From the IMG/VR virus record IMGVR_UViG_3300044973_000253, positions 32,001 through 96,000 of that record: DNA of 64,000 nucleotides. The stretch is one strand, 5' to 3'. A program made the translations under genes and the position numbers. This DNA is from a virus (lineage: Duplodnaviria > Caudoviricetes). This document shows, piece by piece, positions 51,987-62,400 of the stretch (the first letter of the stretch is position 1; every line of letters begins with the position of its first letter). The notes beneath the pieces were generated by a model, which was given only the letters and a program-made list of their open reading frames with translations, ran no database searches and was not told where the DNA came from.

Positions 51987-53624
51987 TCAGAAAGGACAAT
52001 CTAATGGAAAGTCTTTGTTTTTTTCCATTGGACTATTTACACTCTCATCTGGTTCTGCATATCCAGAAGAATTTGCCGTTTCTGTATATCCAGAATTTGT
52101 ATTCCTATTTTCAGTCACTCCAGAATTGACAAATTCAAGAGCTGGATTGGTTTCTATGGATTCATTTTCCATTGTAACCCCGTTCTGAATAGCATTGAAT
52201 ATCGCCAGATTTCTATCATTTTCAACCGACATCGTATCTTCATATCCCTGTACATGTCCTTCTCCCTCTGATGAAATTCTGCATTTGCCATTATCAAAAT
52301 AAACATTAGAAATAACCACACCAGCATTTCCTGCCCTGTTCTTGGTAATCTTGATAGATGATACATTGGTAGAAAAATCATCCATACTTCTCGAAATAAT
52401 AAGACACATGTGACAGATGTTATATTTTGATGCCGAACCAGAAATCTTGTCTGGACCTCCAAATTCCTTGGAACCATAAGAATCCTTTGTTCCTTGGGTG
52501 GTAACCCATAATCCGACATTCAACTTGGCAGCCATTGTTTCCAGCTTTCTCATTGTATGGGCCTCGCTTAGATGCTGTCCCAAAGCCATTGTCCCATGTT
52601 CCGCCTTTAAACATTCAAAATAATCCAGCAATACCAAATCTGGGACAAATCCATTGTTGATATAATCATTGCGGATAATATTGTCTATATCTGATGCCGT
52701 TTTTTCTCCATCATGCAACTTTCTTATCATGATATTGTTTTGTTGCATTTTATAACGCTCCGAATTCTTTATCTGTTTGGCTGCATTCTTTTCAATCTTG
52801 TTATACAAAGGTACCTTTGAACATTCTATTCCAAGCTCTCTGGCAATATACTTTGTCGAAATTTGCGTCTTGCTGTCCTCGAATATTATCTGCAATACTT
52901 TATATCCCTGATATTTATTGCTTGCGTTCTTGCAGCACGCAGCATAAGATGCCATTGATGTGGTGATTGTGGTCTTTCCGAATCCAGAAGGACCACAGAT
53001 AAGTCCCAATTCTCCCTTTCCTATACCTCCATTCAATATTCCATCCAAAGACAATATACCAGTAGGAATCGGCTTTCTCATTTCTCCAGACAATGTTTTT
53101 TCAACATCATCAAAAGGATGAAAGTCCTCCTTTTCTCCAAACGAGGTCTTTCTTATTGCATCCTCGAACATTTTAGGACAAGAATCATATTTGTCTGTTT
53201 CTCCTCTTTCCACAATTCCTGCCACAACAGACAGCGTTTTAACCAATGCCTGTTGCTTGAAAAACGAAAAAGCTCGGTCTTTTATATACTTGATATCCTT
53301 GGCGATATCAAGCACCTGTACCTTATCCATGACCTCTTTCATTACATCTGATTCGTCTTTGGTCTGTTGACCAAATGTGGAAATAGATTCATAAGTAGGT
53401 GCCTCTGAATATCTATCGTAATACTGCTTTAGTTTATCAACAACGAATCTAAGTTTTGAATCCGTAAACATCCCTGCCTCAATCTGGTCCTTTATGCTTA
53501 CAAAGGATTGGGGATTCTCCATTAGATACTTCATCAACTTGTATTGGAAATCAACTCCAAGAAAACCAAGATTTTTGTTGAGCTTCTTTTCAGAAGAATC
53601 TGTATATTCCGTATTTGTATTCAA
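51987..53624 (-). CDS. replicative helicase (DnaB/T4 gp41-like)
   Basis: Walker A GPSGFGKTT, LVLLDY Walker B and KNRAG; TTG start. Confidence 0.9.
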   Translation of the reverse strand: MNTNTEYTDSSEKKLNKNLGFLGVDFQYKLMKYLMENPQSFVSIKDQIEAGMFTDSKLRFVVDKLKQYYDRYSEAPTYESISTFGQQTKDESDVMKEVMDKVQVLDIAKDIKYIKDRAFSFFKQQALVKTLSVVAGIVERGETDKYDSCPKMFEDAIRKTSFGEKEDFHPFDDVEKTLSGEMRKPIPTGILSLDGILNGGIGKGELGLICGPSGFGKTTITTSMASYAACCKNASNKYQGYKVLQIIFEDSKTQISTKYIARELGIECSKVPLYNKIEKNAAKQIKNSERYKMQQNNIMIRKLHDGEKTASDIDNIIRNDYINNGFVPDLVLLDYFECLKAEHGTMALGQHLSEAHTMRKLETMAAKLNVGLWVTTQGTKDSYGSKEFGGPDKISGSASKYNICHMCLIISRSMDDFSTNVSSIKITKNRAGNAGVVISNVYFDNGKCRISSEGEGHVQGYEDTMSVENDRNLAIFNAIQNGVTMENESIETNPALEFVNSGVTENRNTNSGYTETANSSGYAEPDESVNSPMEKNKDFPLDCPF

Positions 53625-53652
53625 CTTGCTTGATATTTAATTTTACGTTTCA

Positions 53653-53660
53653 CAAAGATA
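53653..53660 (-). promoter_or_regulatory. host-type -7 box
   Basis: TATCTTTG 29 nt upstream of the helicase start. Confidence 0.55.
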
Positions 53661-53732
53661 AGTTATATTTTTCAAATATGCAATACTTTTTTGAAAATAA
53701 AAATCGGAATTGTCTATTTTAGGCTTGCCCTA

Positions 53733-53776
53733 AATTTACATAAAAAAGCGGAAAAACTGTTACATTTCTCCGCTTG
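53733..53776 (-). terminator. isolated terminator half of the cassette repeat
   Basis: aatttacataaaaaagcggaaaaactgttacatttctccgcttg. Confidence 0.8.
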
Positions 53777-53807
53777 ATAAGTAATATTAAATAATCACGA
53801 ATATCGT

Positions 53808-54584
53808 TTATTCGATTGATGCAAGATATTTTCTGTTGGCCTTTTCAATATTCAGTTCATAACCCATATATTTACGGTTCACCATATCAATCATATCCTT
53901 TTTATTATCCTTGTTCCAGCTTATAGAACATACGGGATACATCATTTCTATAATATCACGAACCATATTGGTGTTATTCTTATATAATCGCAATTTGATA
54001 TAATTCTCATTATACAACTTTTGACACTCAACATCATCCTCATAAAATTCGTTTCTTCTTTTTGTGATATCAATATACCTTACATCTTTTGGATAGCAGG
54101 ACAGATCAAGAATCCGTGAGATTTTCTCTTTTGGATGCTTTGGATCAATATTGTCATACACAACAAATTTCAGAACATCGGTCCATTCTTTCTGCAAAGG
54201 CAGATTCAACGAAGAATCGAATATTTCCGTATCATCATACCATCCACCATTACTTTTTATGTCTGGATTTTGATAATCTCCAAGTCCAGCATACTTTTCG
54301 TCTGGATTGAATGGACATACAGGTCTGCAACCAGAATAGTTATAAGCCATATAGACTCGTGTCTGTGAATTAAGCTGTTCCTTGATCTTGTTCATGATAT
54401 CATCAACGGTATCCTTGAATTCGATTGTATCCATACTTCCCTCCACAAACCGCTTTATTTCAAAATTTCTCTGGCATACAATATCATTATTGCAATAAAG
54501 CACGAAAGAAAAACGGTCATTCACATGGTTTACAGACTCTCTCGTTTTGACAGAATTGGCTGTATTATTGTTTTTAAAATACAT
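53808..54584 (-). CDS. hypothetical protein
   Basis: 258-aa ORF within the replication cluster. Confidence 0.8.
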   Translation of the reverse strand: MYFKNNNTANSVKTRESVNHVNDRFSFVLYCNNDIVCQRNFEIKRFVEGSMDTIEFKDTVDDIMNKIKEQLNSQTRVYMAYNYSGCRPVCPFNPDEKYAGLGDYQNPDIKSNGGWYDDTEIFDSSLNLPLQKEWTDVLKFVVYDNIDPKHPKEKISRILDLSCYPKDVRYIDITKRRNEFYEDDVECQKLYNENYIKLRLYKNNTNMVRDIIEMMYPVCSISWNKDNKKDMIDMVNRKYMGYELNIEKANRKYLASIE

Positions 54585-54646
54585 AAAGTATATAAATTAA
54601 ATTGTTAAATCATTTAAAAATTAATCAAATATAATTGTTTTTTATA

Positions 54647-55807
54647 CTAATTGGAATAAAAATATTTAATTTCTTTGTTTTTTATTCTATTGAAATCTCC
54701 AAAAAACGCAGCAAACTTATTGGGTGTATTCCAATCCGACAAACCGTAACTGCTTATAAGTCTGCTGATATTCTTATAATCACGTCCGTCTGGGTCCAAT
54801 GGGGCATACATCATATCATCAAGCAACTGTATGGCCTCCTTTGTCATCATCTCATCCGTGAAAAGATTTATTATCTTCTCGTTTATCTCATATACCTTTT
54901 CTCCCTGAACCCCATCTGTTATCCCGTTCAATATGTTCTCTATTGACTGTAACGGTTTTTTCTTCTCTTCCGAACGTTTGTCATGAAGTATCTTTACTTT
55001 GTCAATAACCTCGTTAAGTGTCATTTTGCGTTCCTTTATTTCTGGAACAAGATTTTCAAGAGTCGTTTCTTTTACTCCCTTTATTCCCTTTATGTTATCA
55101 GAAACATCTCCGCATATCGTTTTATATAATACCACATTTTCAAAAGGAATACCCATCTGCTCCTTGAAATTTTTATCTGTAATGAAGATTTTTTTTGAAA
55201 ATGAATAAATACACACGGTTTCATTTATAAGCTGTGTAAGGTCCCTGTCTGACGACATAATGACTATCTTTTCATTTGGCTTCTTATGACGGACATAATA
55301 AGAAATAAGGTCATCACCCTCTACCGAATCAGCAAACACTGAACGTATGAACAAATCCTCAAGCATGTTTTTCAATATCCCCTCTTGCATGGCGAATATC
55401 TCCTCTTCGGATTTCTTCTCTTCTCTTTTTTCGTATTTGTTCTTATACTTATGACTTAATAGATTATGTATAAAATCACGGGAAGTCTTGAAATAATCAC
55501 TTTCTCCACCCTGTATGAATTTCTTTCCTCTATTGGCCTTGTATTCTGGATAAAAATTATATCTCAATTGACCTGAATTCTGTCCGTCAAACATAACGTA
55601 CACGAAATCAAAATCCTTTTTTCTTAGCATGAGCTTAAGCTGCAGCATAAATTCAAACAGCATACCATATTCTATACCTGTATAACTTGTTTTTTTACAA
55701 ACACCGCTTATTTTCATCAGATTGTTTCCGTCAACTATCAATGTGTATATTGACGGTTCTTCCGATAATCCAGCTTCAACAATATGTTTTTTTATACTTT
55801 GTTGCAT
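54647..55807 (-). CDS. 5'-3' exonuclease / RNase H (T4 RNase H, FEN-like)
   Basis: LIVDGNN, YPEYKANR, EGDDLI, SSDRDLTQL and GDVSDNIKGIKGV motifs. Confidence 0.9.
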   Translation of the reverse strand: MQQSIKKHIVEAGLSEEPSIYTLIVDGNNLMKISGVCKKTSYTGIEYGMLFEFMLQLKLMLRKKDFDFVYVMFDGQNSGQLRYNFYPEYKANRGKKFIQGGESDYFKTSRDFIHNLLSHKYKNKYEKREEKKSEEEIFAMQEGILKNMLEDLFIRSVFADSVEGDDLISYYVRHKKPNEKIVIMSSDRDLTQLINETVCIYSFSKKIFITDKNFKEQMGIPFENVVLYKTICGDVSDNIKGIKGVKETTLENLVPEIKERKMTLNEVIDKVKILHDKRSEEKKKPLQSIENILNGITDGVQGEKVYEINEKIINLFTDEMMTKEAIQLLDDMMYAPLDPDGRDYKNISRLISSYGLSDWNTPNKFAAFFGDFNRIKNKEIKYFYSN

Positions 55808-55836
55808 TTATGTGTTTTTTTTATTATTGTCTATTT

Positions 55837-56052
55837 TTAAAAGTAATTTTCACAGTGTAATCCGTTAATGATAACATATACCATTGATATGATAGTCATT
55901 ACGATAACCATATAAGAAATCATTTTATGTCTATGTTTGATGCTGAATTCATTCTCATCTGTCTGAGAATAACAGCATCCCTCTATCAAAATCACCATAC
56001 AGGCAACGAAGAATACCACTCCGCAAAAGCCATTCAACTTATCTATCAGCAT
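55837..56052 (-). CDS. small membrane protein
   Basis: 71 aa with two hydrophobic segments; promoter upstream. Confidence 0.6.
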   Translation of the reverse strand: MLIDKLNGFCGVVFFVACMVILIEGCCYSQTDENEFSIKHRHKMISYMVIVMTIISMVYVIINGLHCENYF

Positions 56053-56071
56053 AATTTTTTTATGTTAGGCA

Positions 56072-56102
56072 CAAAGTTATTTATTTTATTGATAAATACA
56101 AA
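56072..56102 (-). promoter_or_regulatory. Bacteroidota primary-sigma promoter
   Basis: Minus strand reads TTTG-N19-TAACTTTG. Confidence 0.6.
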
Positions 56103-56113
56103 GCAAATAAAAC

Positions 56114-56150
56114 AAAAAAAACGATGCTGTTATAAAAATAGCATCGTTTT
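56114..56150 (-). terminator. intrinsic terminator
   Basis: aaaacgatgct..agcatcgtttt perfect stem with an A8 run. Confidence 0.8.
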
Positions 56151-56171
56151 ATAATTGAATTGAAATATTTA

Positions 56172-56900
56172 TCAATAATCACACTTATTGCCATCTGGAT
56201 CGAACCATCCTTTACCAGGATGCCAGATGTTTTGATGTGTAGTTATATTCTTGAATGCTTTCATTCCGTCTGTAACATATTTACGATTAGGCATTGATGT
56301 AACCGCAGTTGGATCTTTGTCAAAATCAGGATAACTGGTAGTATAATCTCCATTAGGATGAAAATCATCGTCTAAATAATCTTCATATTTTTTATTCCCA
56401 TAATATTTCCCATTTATAAAATTATCATGTATATCATACCATCTCTTAGCGGGATTCATGGCTTGTGTTCCATAGTCTTTTTGATATGCACTGTGCGCAT
56501 TTGTGGGTCCATCATTCTCGCTATAAAATGCGGTCAACTTACGGGACTTTGGATGGTTAGCCTCAACGTAAGAATCATATCTATTGAACCCGTTTTTGTG
56601 GAGGTTATTCATAAATGCATCTTTATCGGTTGCCCTATCTCCATCTACATAGTCTGGATCAACATTACCACCGTGTAAATGAAACTGATATTTGCCACCT
56701 TGAGTTGGAAACCGACCATACTTTTTATTATACTCTTGTACGAATTTGTCATTAAAAGCATTACCTAAATCATATCTGCCTTGACCAAAAGCTCTTTCTG
56801 CAGCATGGTTCCATGTATTCATACTTGCTTCAAGAATTGTAGAAACAGATTCCTTTATAAGTTTGTGTAATTGATTTTCCGTTAGTCTTACTCTTCTCAT
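56172..56900 (-). CDS. leader-bearing cassette protein (242 aa, distinct payload)
   Basis: Leader MRRVRLTENQLHKLIKESVSTILE. Confidence 0.85.
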   Translation of the reverse strand: MRRVRLTENQLHKLIKESVSTILEASMNTWNHAAERAFGQGRYDLGNAFNDKFVQEYNKKYGRFPTQGGKYQFHLHGGNVDPDYVDGDRATDKDAFMNNLHKNGFNRYDSYVEANHPKSRKLTAFYSENDGPTNAHSAYQKDYGTQAMNPAKRWYDIHDNFINGKYYGNKKYEDYLDDDFHPNGDYTTSYPDFDKDPTAVTSMPNRKYVTDGMKAFKNITTHQNIWHPGKGWFDPDGNKCDY

Positions 56901-57006
56901 ATTTTGTTCTTTTTCCTATAAATATCTGCAAAATTTACATAATTCACCCTTTCCCCGTAAATACCGTGCCAGACGCAAAACAATGTCAAAATATTTACAC
57001 AAAAAA
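56901..57006 (-). repeat. cassette repeat copy (promoter part, different terminator)
   Basis: tataaatatctgcaaaatttacataa..aaataccgtgccagacgcaaaacaatgtcaaaatatttacacaaaaaa. Confidence 0.85.
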
Positions 57007-57069
57007 GAGGAACATCCAACATAATGTGGACATCCCTCCATGAAGTTTATTTAAATCACAAAAACGTCT

Positions 57070-58059
57070 TTAGAATGGAGTATTGTTTTCATAATAGGTG
57101 TTGTCATTCTGAGGTGGCTCCTGCATATTATTACTTTGCTGATAATAATTCTTATTCTGCTGAACATTATTCTGAACAGGCTGATTCTCATTCACCATGT
57201 TGGTTTGAGGAACGCTGTTTTGTTCATCTTTTGTCAAATTAGGAACAAAAGTTTTCTTTGAATCATCCCACAATGGCTTTCGTTTTGATACCAATACCGC
57301 ATTAAGATAATCATAGTTCTTTACAGGGAAAGCATTTACCCATGTCTTGTTATCATAAAGCCATGCATTGGAAATATCCGTATTCGTATTCAAAGGAGAC
57401 GAATTCATTACTGGAGTAAGCATAAACGCACGCTTGCCGTTTCCATCCACAGATACAGTCACGTTGATATCATATCCATTATTGATATCAAAGATATTTA
57501 CCCCAACCTCATCCATTACGGACTGATATATGGATTTCAACTTGTCAAAAATTCCATCATTCTTTGCAGATGACGGGAATCTCCAGAATTTCACTCCCTC
57601 ATCTTCATGTTCCCTGTCAATACATCTTATGACATAGAACAGTCTTGCATAATATCCTTTTGCTGTGGTATGAATGGTTTCCGCCTTTAATGTGTCCGTT
57701 TCTGCTTTTGATTCTTTCAGCAGTTTATCGTGAGCCTCGCATATAGGACAAGGACTGGCATTATTTCCTCCAAGCAATGCCAAACTCTTTGGGCACATAA
57801 GGGTTTTCCATTTTCCATTGGAAAAGTTCTCCGATGGCTCCACCTCTATATTATGGGCATAAATCTCCATAAACGGATCAAGATTGTTAATATCTCCCGA
57901 AGGCAATATTCTTATCTTCAATTTCTTTTCTCTTACCCCTTTGGGTGGATAAACATTAAGATATAAATTAGGGTTAAAAGCGTTCTGCTTTTCCCCACCC
58001 GAAAATCCAGCTCCCTGATGGCGTGAAAACGGGTCCTGATTTTGACTAAATTCTGTCAT
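57070..58059 (-). CDS. single-stranded DNA-binding protein (T4 gp32-like)
   Basis: KIRILP, H..C..CPICE Zn ligands and GYDINVT motifs; low-complexity tail ending in PF. Confidence 0.8.
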   Translation of the reverse strand: MTEFSQNQDPFSRHQGAGFSGGEKQNAFNPNLYLNVYPPKGVREKKLKIRILPSGDINNLDPFMEIYAHNIEVEPSENFSNGKWKTLMCPKSLALLGGNNASPCPICEAHDKLLKESKAETDTLKAETIHTTAKGYYARLFYVIRCIDREHEDEGVKFWRFPSSAKNDGIFDKLKSIYQSVMDEVGVNIFDINNGYDINVTVSVDGNGKRAFMLTPVMNSSPLNTNTDISNAWLYDNKTWVNAFPVKNYDYLNAVLVSKRKPLWDDSKKTFVPNLTKDEQNSVPQTNMVNENQPVQNNVQQNKNYYQQSNNMQEPPQNDNTYYENNTPF

Positions 58060-58112
58060 TTTTATAATTGCTTTTAATTATGTTGTAAATATATGTGTTT
58101 TTTTTATTGAAA

Positions 58113-58146
58113 CAAAAAAAAGATTGGACTTTTTTATCCAATCTTT
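58113..58146 (-). terminator. intrinsic terminator
   Basis: aaagattgga..tccaatcttt stem with an A-run. Confidence 0.8.
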
Positions 58147-58164
58147 CATTTATTAAAGTGTTGA

Positions 58165-59019
58165 TTAAAATCTTCTTTTTGGCTTAAAGAAATTTGGAGT
58201 GTTCTGGTCCTCGTCATCATCATCATCAAAGGAATCGTATAAATCATTGTCCGAAGCGTGATTGAGGTCTCCTACCGTTATCTCATATTCCTTATCCTCG
58301 TCATTCCCCTTTTCGGGTGCCATTCCTCCGCCATAATCTGGTCGGTCATTATAGTCTCCGCCTACCATTATGTCATAATTGTCTTTCCCGCTCTTTATAA
58401 AACGTTTCCAATAATCTGAAATATCGGTATTGTAAGGATACGAATCAAGACTCCGCAAATACAGTTTCTCTGTAGGTGTCGGATTCCTTTTGATTATATC
58501 CTGTTTTAGTCCTGCTATCTCTCGGTTGTTATTGTCAATTATCTGTTTCATTGATTCAACCGCATTAAGCAAATCGGATATTCTCTGGTCGGTCTTTCCA
58601 AGACCTTTTCCTATGATATTGACCTTGTTGTTCATTTTCTCCTGAGCATTGGTAAGGTCGTCAACATTAAGAACATCTTCGTCACCATTTCCCTCATCAC
58701 CAGCAGGAGGCATACCCATTCCGTTATCCATAGGAGGCATGTTTCCTCCCATTCCATCATCGGCAGGAGGTGCCATTCCTCCGCCATTAGGATCTTGTCC
58801 TCCCATATCTGCTCCTCCAGTCATATCTGGTGCAGCTGGAGCACCTCCATCCATTCCACCGTTGGGATCATTCGGGTCCCCTGCGGGTGCTCCTCCCATT
58901 GCATTTGGGTCCTGTTGGGCATTCGGATCTTGCTGAGCATTTGGGTCATCGTCTTCATCGGTGAGTGTGGTCCATTCCCTGATGACAAATCTATCCCATT
59001 TAGTCTTTGGTTTATTCAT
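58165..59019 (-). CDS. hypothetical protein with a G/P/D low-complexity region and coiled coil (possible prohead core protein)
   Basis: DPNAQQ repeats, an IRE motif near the N-terminus and a central coiled coil. Confidence 0.7.
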   Translation of the reverse strand: MNKPKTKWDRFVIREWTTLTDEDDDPNAQQDPNAQQDPNAMGGAPAGDPNDPNGGMDGGAPAAPDMTGGADMGGQDPNGGGMAPPADDGMGGNMPPMDNGMGMPPAGDEGNGDEDVLNVDDLTNAQEKMNNKVNIIGKGLGKTDQRISDLLNAVESMKQIIDNNNREIAGLKQDIIKRNPTPTEKLYLRSLDSYPYNTDISDYWKRFIKSGKDNYDIMVGGDYNDRPDYGGGMAPEKGNDEDKEYEITVGDLNHASDNDLYDSFDDDDDEDQNTPNFFKPKRRF

Positions 59020-59034
59020 TGTATCTGTATATGT

Positions 59035-59217
59035 TTAGTCTGCAAGAATCTGTCTGTTTTCATCAAACATGACTATCTTCTTGCTGTTATCCATTTCTAT
59101 AAGCTCGTCATTGTTTCCCTTGTCAAATGTAATTCCATTCTTATTTGACTTTGAACCATTGACATTGTTTTTTGACATCATTTTGTTGATATATGCCAGT
59201 TTTGAAGTGTAATCCAT
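59035..59217 (-). CDS. hypothetical protein
   Basis: Probable start MDYTSK at 59217, right after the upstream stop. Confidence 0.6.
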   Translation of the reverse strand: MDYTSKLAYINKMMSKNNVNGSKSNKNGITFDKGNNDELIEMDNSKKIVMFDENRQILAD

Positions 59218-59218
59218 A

Positions 59219-59434
59219 TTATTTGTTTTTATCTGCATTATTGTCCGTCTTGTCCTTCTTTGACGAAGTTTCCTTGACGTTTTTTTTTGAAGAATCATCC
59301 TTATCCTTGACATCTTTTTCTCCGTGAACAAGTATTGACGGAGTTCCGACAGGCTGTGTCCTATTTACAACTGGGAAAGGTCTGTTATTGATGCAAGATT
59401 CGTTTCTTCTTATTTTCTTTGTTATAAAAGACAT
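59219..59434 (-). CDS. hypothetical protein
   Basis: 71 aa; TATTTAT at 59452-59458 upstream. Confidence 0.6.
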   Translation of the reverse strand: MSFITKKIRRNESCINNRPFPVVNRTQPVGTPSILVHGEKDVKDKDDSSKKNVKETSSKKDKTDNNADKNK

Positions 59435-59469
59435 AATTCTCTAATTTTTAAATAAATAGTATCTATATA

Positions 59470-62400
59470 TTATTTTGTTTTGAAATTTATGTATTCTTCT
59501 GGGTTACATATATATTGATTGGTATGATTGTTCTCCTTTGTCTTGGCGATAAAAGAGTTATACCCAGGGAATGTATATTTTCCACTTGAATCCTTTGGCA
59601 TAAGCCATAACTCAAAATGACAGTGTATTCCAGTTGACTTGCCACAACTCCCCGCTTTTGCAAGAATATCACCAGCTTTCACAATCTGTCCAGCCGTACA
59701 ATAAATACTTTCTGCATCCATGTGAGTATATACACCTAACAGAATTGAACCGTCTTTGTTTTCAAGATTATATGCAACTATGATAACATTGCAGAATCCA
59801 GCTGCCTGATGACATGAAAGCACGATTCCGTCATGTCCTGCCACAAGTCTATCGCCCTTTACACCCTTTTCAGAAAAATCTATTCCAGAATGAAATTCTG
59901 GAGGTGCGGGACTGGTTCTTGCAGGATTCCATGGACTACCCTTATGCTGGGCAATTTCCGTCTTACTGGTATTTCCAAATGGTCCCCAGAAATCAGATAT
60001 AGGAGAAGATATGGTTTTCATTTTTATTTTAGACTGACTTGTCTTGAATATGGAATCCGTATCTTTGTTGGAAAAAGCATATTCATCATTTACCTCATCC
60101 CCATTAGCTGGACATGGAAGAGCCTTGTCCTCCAATAAATAGGTTTTTATCTTTTCCCAATATTTCTTTGTGACAGAATCATCTATAAACGCATAAGTAT
60201 AGGCATTCAAAATTGTATCTGTATCCTTAAATGTGGTCTTATCTGCAATGTTTTTACCCATTATTTTCCACCAGTTTTTAGGAACGCTATCCAATCCCGT
60301 ACCATTGCTATATATCAATTTATTATTATTATAAGTATGATTCTGCCATTTATCCAAATCCGATTTTGTAAATGTTGATTTTAATGATTTGATATTGCTG
60401 GCTATACTGAATTGGACCGTAATACTTCTCATGTTTTTTGTCCCGTCTGTTTTTTCTATCACCTGAACAAGAATATAGTCTGGATATTCCTGTGATTTGG
60501 CAGAAGTAAGCCATATAGCATGTTTAAACCATCCATAATACCCTTGCGATTCCCCTGCTCCTGTTCGGACTATCATATCAAATAAGGTGGCATTATTCTG
60601 AGGAAGCAATTTTTTACTAACAGAATCACATGCTGAAATAATGATCCAATTATCGGTTCCTTCCGAACAAACTTTAACATCACAAGCCATGGCTGCTACT
60701 GATTGAGAAGTCCTACTTACAGCATTTACAAACCCGTTTATTAATGTTTCATTATTTCCATTGCTTTTCTTATCATCGGTAGGGACATTTGGATCTTTTT
60801 TCATTTCCGCCAAATCTGAATCTGTCCATATCGGTTCACTATCATCAGTTCTACACCCCTCGTATATCTGAACAAACTGATTTCTACCATAAGTAAAATA
60901 ATATTTACTGCTATGATGATTAATACTTGAATCAGAAGAGGTATATTCTGGAAATTGGGAATTATTTAATGAATATTGTCCTATTCTATATACAGATGAT
61001 TTTGTGATTGAATTTTTTTGATCCTTTATTTTACCTATCGGCTTATTATAAGAATATGCCTGTATGTTTCCATATCTATTGGCATATTGTCCGCTTAAAT
61101 CAATATCCAACGGCAATTCATCCTTTCCTCCCAATATGCTTAATGGATTTTCAAATATAGATTTTACATTTGCCTCTGTTCCTGAATTAAAACTTCCTTT
61201 TGAACCTTTAAAAGAAGAACTGAATATGTTACGCCAACCTCCATTTTTCTTTTTTGAAGCCAATGCATGCTGATTAAACATACAAAGCGCAACCAGCTTT
61301 TGAGATAGATTATCAACTCCATTTGAAAACTCTCTGTTTATCGTAGAAACAATAGCATCCCATACACTATCATATCCAAGTTTTGTAATATAATCTGGTC
61401 TATATGTTTTTAATGCAACTATATTTACCGTATGTTCATAAGAAGCATTTATTTGTGTCTGCATCAACGGATTATAGAACTTATAAGCACAATCGTTTTC
61501 AACAGAAGCAATAGCATTTTCTCTCGTTATGCTGTCCTCCTCATCGAAGTTGCCCTGTGTATTCAAAAATGCGTTATCTACAATTCTATTGGCTATTTTT
61601 GGCAATCTGCATCCCGTAAATGTGGTTGTCATCTCTCCGTTCCTTATTGAATGGGACATTTTACTAATCATATAAGTTCCCCTAAACATAGGGATGTTAG
61701 TCAAACAGAAATACATTAGAGGTTGAATCCAGCAACATCCCATCATTGACACGGTACACTCGTAAGATACGTTTGAGAATATAGTATACAAATCCTGACC
61801 TTGAAAGATTACAGCCTTATTTACCTTATCAGATCCCATTTGGGCTATCTGCATTTGTGCCCCAATAGACCATTCTGTGTTTTGTCCTTTATTGGTATTG
61901 ACCTTTATGTTATGAAAGTAACTTTGGTATTGCTGACCATAAGAAACAGAAAATGCTGGTATCTTTAAATCCTGATAATCATAATCTTTTATTACTTGTG
62001 GCAATGAATCATAATTATTAGCCATAAATGAATCTCCCTTATATTCGGACTCATCTGAATCATCTCCCAGTAAATGGGATGGCTCGTAATTATATACAGT
62101 CACAAAATCTGATTGTGTTGCATAATTTGAAGGCAAAACCATGGAATTATAAGGAACAGGAACAAATGCCTTTTTCATCGTTTCTGGATCTGACAAATTC
62201 GCCCAGTTTTGTATCACATTGAACGTCATATTTGTTTTCCCCAATACATCCGTGATAAATTGAAGCAAAGTAAAAGCCTGTCCCTGCTTTAGCTGGTCAT
62301 TATATATTTCCAGCATACTTGACATATCAACCAATATTAAATCGCCAATATCGGTAAAGAATGAATCAATAAAGTGGAAATTCTTATCAAACCAGTTGGG

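Noticed and set aside
40667-57006. CRISPR array interpretation of the repeats
   Set aside because: The repeats are ~140 bp, imperfect and separated by whole ORFs, and no cas genes are present.
58901-58950. 18-bp imperfect tandem repeat
   Set aside because: It simply encodes the DPNAQQ low-complexity peptide, with synonymous variation.
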